Virus record (IMG/VR): IMGVR_UViG_3300047551_001006
Location: 1 to 57,889 of that record
Source of the DNA: a virus
Taxonomy: Duplodnaviria > Caudoviricetes
Length of the DNA: 57,889 nt
Direction: 5' to 3' (one strand)
A program made the position numbers and the translations under genes. The notes beneath the pieces were generated by a model. That model worked only from the letters and a program-made list of their open reading frames with translations, searched no databases and was not told where the DNA came from. Positions 40,270 to 51,286 of the stretch are shown here, piece after piece. Within the stretch, counting starts at the first letter, position 1; each line of letters starts with the position of its first letter.

Positions 40270-43200
40270 ATGGCAACAACTAGACTTACGGGTACATTAA
40301 TTAAAAGTGGCAGTATTCCGGTCACCGCATTAGGTGGGGGAGTAGTAACTAGTTCTGCCCAGATAGCAGGACTAATACCAGCAGGAACGGTATCGTCCTC
40401 GGGACAAGTAGATATTACCGCAACTACAAATTATAGTACATTTAGTTCATCCCTATCTACTGTTGATGCACGACAACAAGTATCACTTGACGCGTTAAAC
40501 TCAGCAACCAGTTCATACGCAATCAACGCAACAATTCAATCACAACTTGCTGGGGTTGCTTCAAGTAGTAATCAAGTAAAAGAATATTTGCCATTAGGAA
40601 CAATATCTGCGTCAAATCAAATTGATATAACTACAACAACTAACTACCCAACATTTAGTTCTTCTATTGCAACGAAGAATGATACACAAGACATATCAAT
40701 TAGTGCATTAAACGCAGCAACAAGTTCATACGCATTACAAACTCAATTGGCTGGTGTTGCATCAAGTTCTACACAAGTTAAAACGTATTTACCAGTAGAT
40801 ACAGTATCGTCATCAACACAAGTTGTTGCATTTTTACCAACAGGTACAGTATCATCATCAGCACAGTATCCTGGTTGGGTAACTAGTTCTACACAAATTA
40901 CACAAGCTTTACCTACTGGAACAGTATCAAGTTCGGCACAATACCCTGGTTGGGTCACTGCTTCATCACAAATTGACTATAACTCAATTCAAAATAAGTT
41001 GAGTGGAGTTCTATCAAGTAGTGAACAAGTTAAACCATTATTACCAGCAAACACAGTATCAAGTTCTACCCAAGTAATTAATAACATACAAAATCAAATA
41101 ATATCACCAACCACAGTATATGCAGTTACAATTGATGCAACCACAATTTCTGGTTCTACCGTTAGTGGTTCATTTGTTGGTGATGGTAGTGGATTAACAA
41201 ATATCGGTGCAGCAGGTTTACCTGGTGGAGTTGTATCAGCATCTTCTCAATACCCAGGATGGGTGACCGCATCAAGTCAAATTGACTATAACTCAATTCA
41301 AAATAAATTGAGTGGAGTAGTTTCTTCATCTACACAAGTTCAACCACTACTTCCTGGTGGTACCGTATCATCATCTGGTCAAGTAGATATTACAGCAACC
41401 ACAGGATACTCAACATTTAGTTCTTCATTATCAACAGTAGACACTAATCAACAAACAGAAATTAACGCGTTAAAAGCAGTAACAAGTTCATACGCAATTA
41501 ATTCTACAATACAATCGCAACTTGCTAATGTAGTTTCATCATCTGCACAAATTAAACCACTACTTCCTGACGGAACAGTTTCATCATCTGTTCTCGCATC
41601 ACCATCACAAGGTACAGTTCGTTTAACTATTAACGGTGCTGTTACAGATGTTGATACTGGATTACAAGTTGGTGATACTCCATTATTTACTGGTTTAGAT
41701 TCTAGTGGTAGTATTAATTTGGCATCAAATGGTCAAATTCGTGTATTAAATGATGCAGAAAGTACATTATTTGGATTCTATAATGGTAGTAGTATTTTAG
41801 GTGCATACTATCAAATGTGGGGTAATAACCACGCATCACCAAGTCAACGTGGTACCGCAGAATTCGTATTTGATACCAGAAATAGTGGTGGTGCATTCCA
41901 TATCGCAGGATTTGATGGAGCTACTTGGACAAGAAGATTAACAGTAGACAGAACTGGTCTTACAAGTATCACAGGATCACTTGAAGTAGTTGGTCCTTTG
42001 GTTGCATCACTTACTGGTTCAATCCTATCACCAGGTGTAGTATCAAGTTCTACACAAGTGGTACAATCACTTCCTGGTGGAACTGTAAGTGCATCAGGTC
42101 AAGTCAGTATTACAGCAACCACAGGATATTCAACATTTAGTTCATCAATAGCAACTAAAAACGACACCCAAGATATTTCAATCAACGCATTAAACGCAGC
42201 GACCAGTTCATACGCAATCAACGCAACAATACAATCACAACTGGCTGGTGTCGCTTCAAGTAGTGCACAAGTCAAAGCATATCTCCCAGATGGTACAGTA
42301 TCAAGTTCTGGTCAAGTAGATATTACAACCACAACAGGATATTCAACATTTAGTTCATCGCTTGCAACAGTAGATGCTGGACAAACTACACGTATTGATA
42401 ACTTAGCAAGCGCAACCAGTTCATACGCAATAAATTCTACTATTCAATCACAACTTGCAGGAGTTGCATCATCCTCAGCACAAGTTAAGGCATATCTTCC
42501 AGATGGTACAGTATCTTCGTCTGGTCAAGTAGATTATAATTCTATTACCAATAAGTTAAGTGGTGTTGTATCAAGTAGTGCACAAGTTCAACCACTATTA
42601 CCAGCAGGTACACTTAGTAGTTCAACACAAGTTAATGCAATTCTTGATGCAGACGGAGTATTTAGTAGTTCAGCACAAGTTGTGGTACAAAATACCACAG
42701 GTATTGGTGCAATAGCAACTACTGGTTCAAATACGTTCCAAGGTAATCAAACTATCACAGGTTCGTTATTCGTCAGTCAAAACCTAACAGTCCTTGGTTC
42801 ATCGTCTATCACGTACTTATCACAAAGTACATTAAACGTAGAAACAAACTTAATTACAGTTAATGCACAAAATCCATCAGCAAGATTTGGTGGACTTGCA
42901 ATTATTGACTCAGGATCATCTCCATTACGTAGTGGTTCAATCTTATTTGATTCCGTCAAGGATGAACCTGTATTCGTCCATCAAGCAGCTGGTCAAACTT
43001 CATCGGTATTCATATTAGGACCAGAAACATATGGTGATTTGGGCAATGAAACATATTTGAGTGCAAACGTAGTACCAAAATCACAAGGTAATGAACATTT
43101 ATTAGATTCACAAATAAGTGATAATGGTATAACAGTCTCTATTACTAAGGGATTATCGGTTGGCACAAACCTAACAGCATCCAGTGCTACAATTAGTGGT

Positions 43201-44292
43201 TTGACTGCAAACCAAGCAGTATTTACAGATGCAAACGACACATTAGTATCAGTTGCAACCACTGGTACTGGTGATGTAGTACGAGCAGGATCACCAACCA
43301 TTACAGGTACACTAAGTGCAACAAATATTACCGCAACTGGTACGATGTTGTTGGCAGGTATCTACTCATCATCAACACAAGTAGATTATAATAGTATTCA
43401 AAACAAGTTATCTGGTGTGGTTTCCGCATCTGGTCAAGTTCAACCATTACTTCCTGGTGGAACCGTAAGTAGTTCAGCACAATATCCTGGATGGGTCACT
43501 GCATCATCACAAATTGATTATAATTCAATCACCAACAAGTTAAGTGGTGTGGTATCCAGTTCTACACAAGTACAACCATTATTACCTGGTGGTACTGTAT
43601 CAAGTTCTGGTCAAGTGGATATTACCGCAACAACTAATTATGCAACATTTAGTTCGTCCATCGCAACTAAAAATAATTTACAAGATGTTTCTATTAACGC
43701 ATTAAATGCAGCAACCAGTTCATACGCAATCAATTCTACAATACAATCACAACTTGCTGGTGTAATATCATCTTCCGCACAAACTGTAGCATCGATTGCA
43801 AATCAAACTATCGCACCAACAACAGTCAACGCAACAACCATAAATGCAAGTGTTGTTACCGCATCGGCATTAACTGCAAACCAAGCAGTATTTACAAACG
43901 CATCGGACGGTTTAGTATCTAATGCAATCACGGGTACTGGTAATGTGGTGATGAGTGCAAGTCCAACACTCACAGGTACAATTACCGCAGCAAGTATCAC
44001 CGCAACGGGAACGATGTTGTTGGCTGGTATCGTATCACAATCATCACAAATTGACTATAATTCAATTACTAACAAATTAAGTGGTGTATATAGTAGTTCG
44101 GCGTTCTCGGCACCAAGTCAAGGTACCGCACGTCTTACATTTAACGGTGTAGCACTTACTGATGTGGATTTGGGGCTACAAGCAGATGATAGACCATTAT
44201 TCTCTGGTTCACAATTTTCTGGTATAGTCTCAGGTAGTGGAACACAGTACAGATTGGTTGTTCCTGTAGGAACCAACTTCTACGCAACCTAA
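40270..44292 (+). CDS. Large Ser/Thr-rich tail fibre-like protein
   Basis: 1340 aa; many [23 protein letters not shown](Q/T)NKLSGV repeats; C-terminus QYRLVVPVGTNFYAT. Confidence 0.7.
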   Translation: MATTRLTGTLIKSGSIPVTALGGGVVTSSAQIAGLIPAGTVSSSGQVDITATTNYSTFSSSLSTVDARQQVSLDALNSATSSYAINATIQSQLAGVASSSNQVKEYLPLGTISASNQIDITTTTNYPTFSSSIATKNDTQDISISALNAATSSYALQTQLAGVASSSTQVKTYLPVDTVSSSTQVVAFLPTGTVSSSAQYPGWVTSSTQITQALPTGTVSSSAQYPGWVTASSQIDYNSIQNKLSGVLSSSEQVKPLLPANTVSSSTQVINNIQNQIISPTTVYAVTIDATTISGSTVSGSFVGDGSGLTNIGAAGLPGGVVSASSQYPGWVTASSQIDYNSIQNKLSGVVSSSTQVQPLLPGGTVSSSGQVDITATTGYSTFSSSLSTVDTNQQTEINALKAVTSSYAINSTIQSQLANVVSSSAQIKPLLPDGTVSSSVLASPSQGTVRLTINGAVTDVDTGLQVGDTPLFTGLDSSGSINLASNGQIRVLNDAESTLFGFYNGSSILGAYYQMWGNNHASPSQRGTAEFVFDTRNSGGAFHIAGFDGATWTRRLTVDRTGLTSITGSLEVVGPLVASLTGSILSPGVVSSSTQVVQSLPGGTVSASGQVSITATTGYSTFSSSIATKNDTQDISINALNAATSSYAINATIQSQLAGVASSSAQVKAYLPDGTVSSSGQVDITTTTGYSTFSSSLATVDAGQTTRIDNLASATSSYAINSTIQSQLAGVASSSAQVKAYLPDGTVSSSGQVDYNSITNKLSGVVSSSAQVQPLLPAGTLSSSTQVNAILDADGVFSSSAQVVVQNTTGIGAIATTGSNTFQGNQTITGSLFVSQNLTVLGSSSITYLSQSTLNVETNLITVNAQNPSARFGGLAIIDSGSSPLRSGSILFDSVKDEPVFVHQAAGQTSSVFILGPETYGDLGNETYLSANVVPKSQGNEHLLDSQISDNGITVSITKGLSVGTNLTASSATISGLTANQAVFTDANDTLVSVATTGTGDVVRAGSPTITGTLSATNITATGTMLLAGIYSSSTQVDYNSIQNKLSGVVSASGQVQPLLPGGTVSSSAQYPGWVTASSQIDYNSITNKLSGVVSSSTQVQPLLPGGTVSSSGQVDITATTNYATFSSSIATKNNLQDVSINALNAATSSYAINSTIQSQLAGVISSSAQTVASIANQTIAPTTVNATTINASVVTASALTANQAVFTNASDGLVSNAITGTGNVVMSASPTLTGTITAASITATGTMLLAGIVSQSSQIDYNSITNKLSGVYSSSAFSAPSQGTARLTFNGVALTDVDLGLQADDRPLFSGSQFSGIVSGSGTQYRLVVPVGTNFYAT

Positions 44293-44316
44293 TAATTGAC
44301 AAATAGTTAATATTAT

Positions 44317-44347
44317 AAAAAAGGCACCCCGAAAGGGTGTCTTTTTT
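44317..44347 (+). terminator. Rho-independent (possibly bidirectional) terminator
   Basis: aaaaaa-ggcaccc-cgaaa-gggtgtc-tttttt. Confidence 0.85.
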
Positions 44348-44409
44348 AGCTTCTTTGTATATAAAATGATATTTATACGGGGGTGTATACATTCTAGTTT
44401 GAGTCAAAT

Positions 44410-47400
44410 ATGAGTTTATTAAAAGTAAATAATATAAGTACCGCAAGTTCAGCAACAGATAATCTTACGTTTACTGGAAACGTAACATTTGATAAAGCGG
44501 TCACAATCTCTTCAGGATCTATTACCGCAAGTTTCGCTATTGCGAACGCGTCTATTGAAAAAGAAAAACTAACGAATGACGCAAGAGATTTCGTAAATAT
44601 CTTAAATAAACCAGCAGGTCTTATTAGTAGTTCTGGACAATTCGTTTCAGCTATTTCGGGATCTTCTTTAGAATTAGGTGGTATTCTTGCAACAGGTAGT
44701 GTAAGAACGACATCGGTATTTAGTGGTAGTGGTGCACAACTATTTGGTATTCCAAACGCAGCACTTAATAATAGTCAAATTACTATCAACGGAACCGCCG
44801 TATCACTTGGTGGAACCCGAACCCTCAGTACATCGGATATTGCAGAAGGTACTAACCAATATTATACAGACGCACGAGTTAAAGCAAAACTAGATGCAGA
44901 AACCGTGGTCAGTTCATCCAGTCAAATAAATTATCAAGCAGTTCAAGGACAACCAACAGTAAATTCATTAGGTGGTGATGGTAATAAATCATTTACTATT
45001 ACAACTGGTATTTTCGTTACGGCATCCGGTGGTGCCGATGGTATCATAGTTACAAATGATACTGCAAATTATACATTACGTTTTAGAACAGTGGGTGGAA
45101 CAGTATCATCATCCGCACAAGTAGTTTCAAGTTTACCTGCAGGAACTATCTCGTCATCTACACAAGTACAAGCAGGATTACCTGGTGGAACGTTATCCTC
45201 ATCAGTACAAATTCCAGCAGTATTACCCGCAGGTACTGTTTCAAGTTCAACTCAATTTAGAACATTAACAGACCCATTTAGTGGTTCGTTTTCTGGGTCA
45301 TTTAATGGAAGATTTACTGGTTCAATATTATCCGCGGGTGTAGTGTCAGCATCTTCGCAGTATCCTGGTTGGGTAACTGCTTCATCACAAATTGATTATA
45401 ACTCAATTACTAATAAATTATCTGGTGTAGTATCTGCATCAGGACAAGTACAACCACTACTTCCTGGTGGTACAGTCAGTAGTTCAGCACAGTATCCTGG
45501 TTGGGTAACTGCATCTTCGCAAGTTGATGTTCGTAACACTATTGGTATCGCAACTATAGCAACTACTGGTTCTAATACATTCGTTGGTAATCAAACTGTA
45601 TCAGGTTCATTTACACTTACTGGTAACTTAAATGTATTAGGTTCATCATCGGTCCTTTACACTACCGCATCTGAACTTGTTGTTGGTGATAATAAAATCG
45701 TAGTCAATTCAACCGATGCATTTAGATTTGCTGGTTTACAAATTATTGACTCTGGTTCAGCTTCACCAACCACAGCATCATTCTATTGGGATAGTCTAAA
45801 TCACAAGTTTATATATGAAAATTTAAGTGGGTCTGATTACAATAGTGCAATATTCTTGGCAGGTCCAAAGAATACCGGAACACTTGGTAATGAACCAGTA
45901 TTAACCACAGGTCGTATTCCTGTTGCAACTGGTGGGGACCATTTGGATAATAGAGTAGAATCAAGTTCTATTCGTGTAGATTTTACAACCAGAAGAACAG
46001 ATATTGAAGCAGGATTATTTATTACTGGTTCAACTACCGCATCGGGACATATCGTACCAGCAGTAACAGATACGTTTGACCTTGGTTCACCAACATTAAA
46101 GTTTAGAGATTTATACCTTTCTGGTTCAACATTATATCTTGGTTCATTAGCAATCAGAGATAATGGTGGTTCATTATCTGTAGGACCATCTGGGTCAGCA
46201 ATAGGAACAAACTCACCTGTATCTGGTGCATTTACAGGTTCATTCCAAGGTAACGGTAGTCAACTAACAAATATCTCAAATGCCGCATTACCTGGTGGTG
46301 TAGTTTCTTCATCAACACAATTACCAGCAGGTACTGTAAGTAGTTCAGCACAATATCCAGGTTGGGTAACCGCATCAAGTCAAATTGATTATAATAGTAT
46401 AACAAATAAGTTATCAGGCGTATACAGTAGTTCTACACAAATTGCAAATAATCTTCCAGCAGGAACTGTATCAAGTTCAGGTCAAATCAACGCCGGTGCA
46501 ACTGCAAACTTCGCAACCGCAGTAGCAGCACAACTTGGTACGGTACACTCTGGAAGCTTTATGAGTACTGCAACAACCAATAATCTTCCAGAAGGTGTCA
46601 CCAATCTTTACTATACTGACGCACGTGTTAAGGCTAAGTTGAGTAATGATGTAGTACACTCTGGTAGTTTCTTGGGCACTGCAACAACCGATAATTTAAC
46701 ACAAGGGTCAACAAATAGATACTACGCAAATTCTCTTGTATTGAGTTATATTGATTCATTATCAGTAGTCAGTAGTTCACAACAAATTAAAAATAATTTA
46801 CCAGCAGGAACAGTAAGTAGTTCCACACAAATTGCAGCAGTTCAAGTTACAAGTGCAAGTTACGCATTAACGGCAAGTTTGGCAATTGGTGTGTCTGGTT
46901 CACTCGCGGTCAGTACTGATGGATTGAACGAAGGTACAATAAATCTTTATTATACCGATGCACGTGTTAAGACCAAGCTAAATGCAGAAAATGTACACTC
47001 CGCAAGTTTCCTTGGTACAGCAACTACGACAAACTTAACAGAAGGTATTAATCTTTACTTTACTAATCAACGTGTAAAGGATGCACTTCCAGGTGTAGTA
47101 TCATCTTCAACACAACTTCCGGTATTATTACCTGGTGGTGTTGTTTCTTCATCGGCACAATATCCTGGTTGGGTAACAGCATCAAGTCAAATTGATTACA
47201 ATTCAATTCAAAATAAGTTGTCTGGTGTAGTATCATCATCTACACAAGTTAAACCATTACTTCCTGATGGAACTGTAACATCATCGGCACAATATCCTGG
47301 ATGGGTAACGGCATCATCACAAATTGATTACAATTCAATTACTAACAAGTTAAGCGGTGTTGTTTCCGCATCCGGTCAAGTACAATCATTACTTCCTGGT

Positions 47401-47808
47401 GGAACAGTTAGTAGTTCGGCACAATACCCAGGATGGGTGACCGCATCAAGTCAAATTGACTACAACTCAATTACTAATAAGTTAAGTGGTGTTGTATCTT
47501 CATCGGCACAAACAGTTGCATTAATAGCATCACAAGACATTTCACCAGCATCGGTCAACGCAACATACGTTACCGCATCATCGTTAACTATAAATCAAGC
47601 AGTCTTTACAAATGGTAGTGATGGATTAGTATCCAACGCAATCACGGGTACTGGTAATGTGGTAATGAGTGCAAGTCCAACCCTTACGGGTACAATCACA
47701 GCAAATAATATAGTAATGTCCGGTTCACAATTTGCAGGTATAGTCTCTGGTAGTGGAACCCAATATAGATTGGTGGTTCCAGTAGGAACTAATTTATACG
47801 CAATTTAA
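44410..47808 (+). CDS. Large Ser/Thr-rich tail fibre-like protein, paralog of 40270..44292
   Basis: 1132 aa; same [16 protein letters not shown] repeats; EGT.N.YYTDARV repeats; C-terminus QYRLVVPVGTNLYAI. Confidence 0.7.
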   Translation: MSLLKVNNISTASSATDNLTFTGNVTFDKAVTISSGSITASFAIANASIEKEKLTNDARDFVNILNKPAGLISSSGQFVSAISGSSLELGGILATGSVRTTSVFSGSGAQLFGIPNAALNNSQITINGTAVSLGGTRTLSTSDIAEGTNQYYTDARVKAKLDAETVVSSSSQINYQAVQGQPTVNSLGGDGNKSFTITTGIFVTASGGADGIIVTNDTANYTLRFRTVGGTVSSSAQVVSSLPAGTISSSTQVQAGLPGGTLSSSVQIPAVLPAGTVSSSTQFRTLTDPFSGSFSGSFNGRFTGSILSAGVVSASSQYPGWVTASSQIDYNSITNKLSGVVSASGQVQPLLPGGTVSSSAQYPGWVTASSQVDVRNTIGIATIATTGSNTFVGNQTVSGSFTLTGNLNVLGSSSVLYTTASELVVGDNKIVVNSTDAFRFAGLQIIDSGSASPTTASFYWDSLNHKFIYENLSGSDYNSAIFLAGPKNTGTLGNEPVLTTGRIPVATGGDHLDNRVESSSIRVDFTTRRTDIEAGLFITGSTTASGHIVPAVTDTFDLGSPTLKFRDLYLSGSTLYLGSLAIRDNGGSLSVGPSGSAIGTNSPVSGAFTGSFQGNGSQLTNISNAALPGGVVSSSTQLPAGTVSSSAQYPGWVTASSQIDYNSITNKLSGVYSSSTQIANNLPAGTVSSSGQINAGATANFATAVAAQLGTVHSGSFMSTATTNNLPEGVTNLYYTDARVKAKLSNDVVHSGSFLGTATTDNLTQGSTNRYYANSLVLSYIDSLSVVSSSQQIKNNLPAGTVSSSTQIAAVQVTSASYALTASLAIGVSGSLAVSTDGLNEGTINLYYTDARVKTKLNAENVHSASFLGTATTTNLTEGINLYFTNQRVKDALPGVVSSSTQLPVLLPGGVVSSSAQYPGWVTASSQIDYNSIQNKLSGVVSSSTQVKPLLPDGTVTSSAQYPGWVTASSQIDYNSITNKLSGVVSASGQVQSLLPGGTVSSSAQYPGWVTASSQIDYNSITNKLSGVVSSSAQTVALIASQDISPASVNATYVTASSLTINQAVFTNGSDGLVSNAITGTGNVVMSASPTLTGTITANNIVMSGSQFAGIVSGSGTQYRLVVPVGTNLYAI

Positions 47809-47826
47809 TAAGAGGTTATAATAGAT

Positions 47827-48684
47827 ATGGGTCTTAATGAGCAAATTCTCGCAGGTGCAACCGCACTAAAGCGTGAAGTATTAACCATTCCAATAGAAAG
47901 TGCACAAACACAATATTCAGGATCTATAGAATTAGGTCGTGCATTAACTATTACTGCGATTCAAGCGAGTAAACGTTGTCGTATTCGTTTTTATGGAAAT
48001 TCAGCAAGTATATATGACGGAACAGAAAAAGCACGACCATTTATATCACAAAGTATTACAGCAACGAATATTGGATTAATAGCTGATATTAATTTAAATA
48101 CCGAAGCATTATTTAATTTGGCTCCACCTCTTTTTGGTGTAAACCTTGACAATCCGGTATCGTCTAATATATATTACACAATTGATTCCAGTTCTGGATA
48201 TAATTTGGATGCAGGAGACAGAATCACGGTTACACGATTTTTGATGGAAGATCCTACAGTTACTAATTTACCTGGGGTCAGTACAAGAACTACTATGATA
48301 ATAAGTGCATCAGCACTAGCATCTGGTAGTCATAGAACGGGAAGTATTAGTTCACCAAAAACATATCTACTCTATGCAGTAGAACCCACCGTAGCACCAA
48401 TCAGACTCAGACTATACACAAGTCAAAGTTATAGAGATAGCGTTACGGAAATTTCCCGTTCATTTGGAACAGAACCATCATCTGGTAGTGGAATCATAGC
48501 AGATATTTATATGGAAGATGTATCACAAACACCACTAATACCAATATTAGTTGGTCGTAATGATAATGATTTATTAAATCCGTCATTATTAGACGCATCA
48601 CCAGAAACATATTATACGATTACAAATGGGTCAGGAACGGGAACGTTTTCTGCATCCGCTTATTTATTTTCATTAGAGGACTAA
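47827..48684 (+). CDS. Hypothetical protein with two tandem homologous halves
   Basis: RIRFY..E.ARPF..GLIADI..YYTI repeated as RLRLY..E.SRSF..GIIADI..YYTI. Confidence 0.6.
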   Translation: MGLNEQILAGATALKREVLTIPIESAQTQYSGSIELGRALTITAIQASKRCRIRFYGNSASIYDGTEKARPFISQSITATNIGLIADINLNTEALFNLAPPLFGVNLDNPVSSNIYYTIDSSSGYNLDAGDRITVTRFLMEDPTVTNLPGVSTRTTMIISASALASGSHRTGSISSPKTYLLYAVEPTVAPIRLRLYTSQSYRDSVTEISRSFGTEPSSGSGIIADIYMEDVSQTPLIPILVGRNDNDLLNPSLLDASPETYYTITNGSGTGTFSASAYLFSLED

Positions 48685-48694
48685 CGAGGTCATT

Positions 48695-49360
48695 ATGAGT
48701 GTGCAAATGTTTCGTGAATTACAAGAATTGATTGACACAGCAGAAAATATTGTTATAGCAGTAATACTTGCAGAAGGATGTGAAAATTACAAGGGTAAGT
48801 TTCTAACAGATTTTGAGCAACAAATTAACTCACAATCTAATCCGGTACACTTACACATCATTTGCTATCGTGAAGAACCTATTATGTTCCCACGACCGAT
48901 GACACAAGCAGTGTATTATTTCGCACCAAAGAATTATACACCACTTTTTTATCGTCAAGGTCAAAGAGCGATGGATGCACCAACTGATATTGTTACGGCA
49001 ATAAAAATGGTACAAGGTATGTCTTATTCCGAAGCAGCCTATGGAGCAGACAAAAAAGAAAGTTATGAACGTACCGAACAATTAGTAAAAAATGAAGATA
49101 CATCAAAGTTTCCTTCGTTGTTTCAACAAGCTCGTAATTTTGCAAAAGAAATGTGGCACGCAGGAAAAAACGCAGCAGTTGGGCTACCAGTATTGGTTGA
49201 TGCAGAAACAGCGTTTAATAGATTCCAAACGTGCCAAGGTTGTGAGTTTTTAACACAAGATAGTTTCCGTTGTGAAAAATGTGGATGTTTTATGAAAACA
49301 AAAACACAAATCGCAACTTCTTCGTGTCCGATTGGAAAATGGCACGCTGTAACACAGTAA
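48695..49360 (+). CDS. Hypothetical protein with C-terminal Cys cluster (CxxC..CxxCGC..CP)
   Basis: 221 aa; CQGC..CEKCGC..SCPIGKW. Confidence 0.65.
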   Translation: MSVQMFRELQELIDTAENIVIAVILAEGCENYKGKFLTDFEQQINSQSNPVHLHIICYREEPIMFPRPMTQAVYYFAPKNYTPLFYRQGQRAMDAPTDIVTAIKMVQGMSYSEAAYGADKKESYERTEQLVKNEDTSKFPSLFQQARNFAKEMWHAGKNAAVGLPVLVDAETAFNRFQTCQGCEFLTQDSFRCEKCGCFMKTKTQIATSSCPIGKWHAVTQ

Positions 49361-49405
49361 AAACAAAGTACCAAGTTTAGTTTTTGATATTTATATAAGA
49401 GCACT

Positions 49406-50137
49406 ATGTTAAGACACTTTCCACTTAGAACATTTACATCATCATTCGCATTTACGGGATCGTCAGCAGCAACGGCATCTTTCGTATTGACGGGTATGAC
49501 CGCATCGTATTCTGTTACGGGTGGTGGACCAACCGGAGCAACGGGGGCAACTTCTGTAGTACAAGGGGTTACGGGTGTTACTGGTGCAACGGGTATAGGA
49601 CCAACAGGACCAATAGGAACCACAGGTCCAACAGGTCCACGGTCAGCAACAGGACCAACTGGACCAACAGGTATCACGGGGCCAACGGGTGCAACTGGTG
49701 CAACGGGGGCGGCATCTACTGGTCCAACCGGTGTAATCGGTGTTTCGGGTAGTACTGGACCAACGGGTGCAACAGGGGCAACAGGTATTATTGGTATCAC
49801 AGGTGCAACAGGTCCAACAGGTGCAAGTGGTCCAACTGGTGTAACAGGTATTCAAGGTATCGCAGGACCACAAGGTGTTACGGGAGCAACTGGACCAACT
49901 GGACCAACTGGTGTAGCTGTATCTGGTATCCAAGGACCAACGGGTGTTACAGGTCCAAGTGGTCCTCGTGGTGCATCGGGTCCGCAAGGAACAATCGGAA
50001 CTACAGGTCCAACAGGACCAACAGGTGCACAAGGTACGGCATTTACAGGACCAACTGGTGCAACCGGTGCAACAGGAGCAACGGGACCAACAGGTGCACA
50101 AGGTTCCACAGGTCCAACTGGTGCTAACACACCATAA
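49406..50137 (+). CDS. Collagen-like protein A
   Basis: 243 aa; FPL..TSSF..TASY N-terminus; ~200-aa Gly-X-Thr tract. Confidence 0.8.
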   Translation: MLRHFPLRTFTSSFAFTGSSAATASFVLTGMTASYSVTGGGPTGATGATSVVQGVTGVTGATGIGPTGPIGTTGPTGPRSATGPTGPTGITGPTGATGATGAASTGPTGVIGVSGSTGPTGATGATGIIGITGATGPTGASGPTGVTGIQGIAGPQGVTGATGPTGPTGVAVSGIQGPTGVTGPSGPRGASGPQGTIGTTGPTGPTGAQGTAFTGPTGATGATGATGPTGAQGSTGPTGANTP

Positions 50138-50152
50138 TAGAGAGTAATAGTT

Positions 50153-51274
50153 ATGACGTTTAAGTTTTTCCCATTTGGGGCACCAACCACGAGTTCGTTC
50201 GCTATTTCGGTTGTCGGTACTACGGCAACCGCATCGACGGCTATCAATAGTGGTTCGGGATTCTTAACGGCGTCATTTGCATTAGGCGGATTTTCAGGAC
50301 CAACAGGTGTATCGGGACCAACTGGTGCAACGGGAGCAACAGGCCCAACTGGACCAACTGGTGTTTCTGGGTCAACTGGTGTATTGGGTGTATCGGGTTC
50401 TACTGGACCACAAACATCAGGATCAACAGGTCCAACAGGTCCAAGTGGTCCAAGTGGTATATCGGGGCCAACGGGTCCAACAGGTCCTACTGGAGCAACT
50501 GGTGTAATCGGTATTACTGGACCATCTGGTATTCGTGGTGCAACTGGTGCAACGGGAGCAACAGGTCCAACAGGTCCAACAGGTAGTATAAGTACGACCG
50601 CGGGCGCAATCGGTGTATCGGGTGTTACAGGACCAACAGGATCTTCGGGTCCGACTGGAGTACAAGGGTCCACAGGTCCAACTGGTGTCGGTCCAACGGG
50701 TGCAACAGGACCAACGGGGCCATCGGGTTCTACAGGTCCAACAGGTCCAGTAGGTCCAACGGGTGCAACTGGAGCAACAGGACCACAAGGTGCAACAGGA
50801 CCAAATACGTTCGGTATTTCAGGTCCAACAGGAGCAACGGGTGCAACTGGTGTCGTAGGAGCAACAGGTATACAAGGTGCACCAGGTCGTGCAGTATTTT
50901 TCGTAACAGGTTCATGTAACCAAACACATTCTGACGTTACGGTTCCGCATAGTGATATTGCACAAAGTCATACTAATATTACGGCCGCGCATACAGACAA
51001 TACCACCAATCCATCACACTCGGATATTGTCAGTACTACACCAGCATCACATACGGACAATTATACACCACACACCAATACTACAATCAACGCATCACAT
51101 AGTAATATTACAATAAACGCGTCACATTCTGATATTTCACATTCTAATATTACAATTAACGCAAGTCATACTGATAATACAACAAACTTCCACACAGACA
51201 ATTACACACCACACGGTAATAGTTATACCACCAATAATCATGGAAATTCATACGGCGGAGGTAATCCGTTCTAA
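50153..51274 (+). CDS. Collagen-like protein B with C-terminal H-x-(D/N) repeat domain (P1)
   Basis: 373 aa; ~200-aa Gly-X-Y tract, one Cys, then 14 HxD/HxN motifs (from nt 50927). Confidence 0.8.
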   Translation: MTFKFFPFGAPTTSSFAISVVGTTATASTAINSGSGFLTASFALGGFSGPTGVSGPTGATGATGPTGPTGVSGSTGVLGVSGSTGPQTSGSTGPTGPSGPSGISGPTGPTGPTGATGVIGITGPSGIRGATGATGATGPTGPTGSISTTAGAIGVSGVTGPTGSSGPTGVQGSTGPTGVGPTGATGPTGPSGSTGPTGPVGPTGATGATGPQGATGPNTFGISGPTGATGATGVVGATGIQGAPGRAVFFVTGSCNQTHSDVTVPHSDIAQSHTNITAAHTDNTTNPSHSDIVSTTPASHTDNYTPHTNTTINASHSNITINASHSDISHSNITINASHTDNTTNFHTDNYTPHGNSYTTNNHGNSYGGGNPF

Positions 51275-51286
51275 TCGGATATAGTT

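Noticed and set aside
44296-44320. TTGACA upstream of 44410 as a sigma70 promoter
   Set aside because: No -10 element at 16-18 nt spacing, and it runs into a terminator
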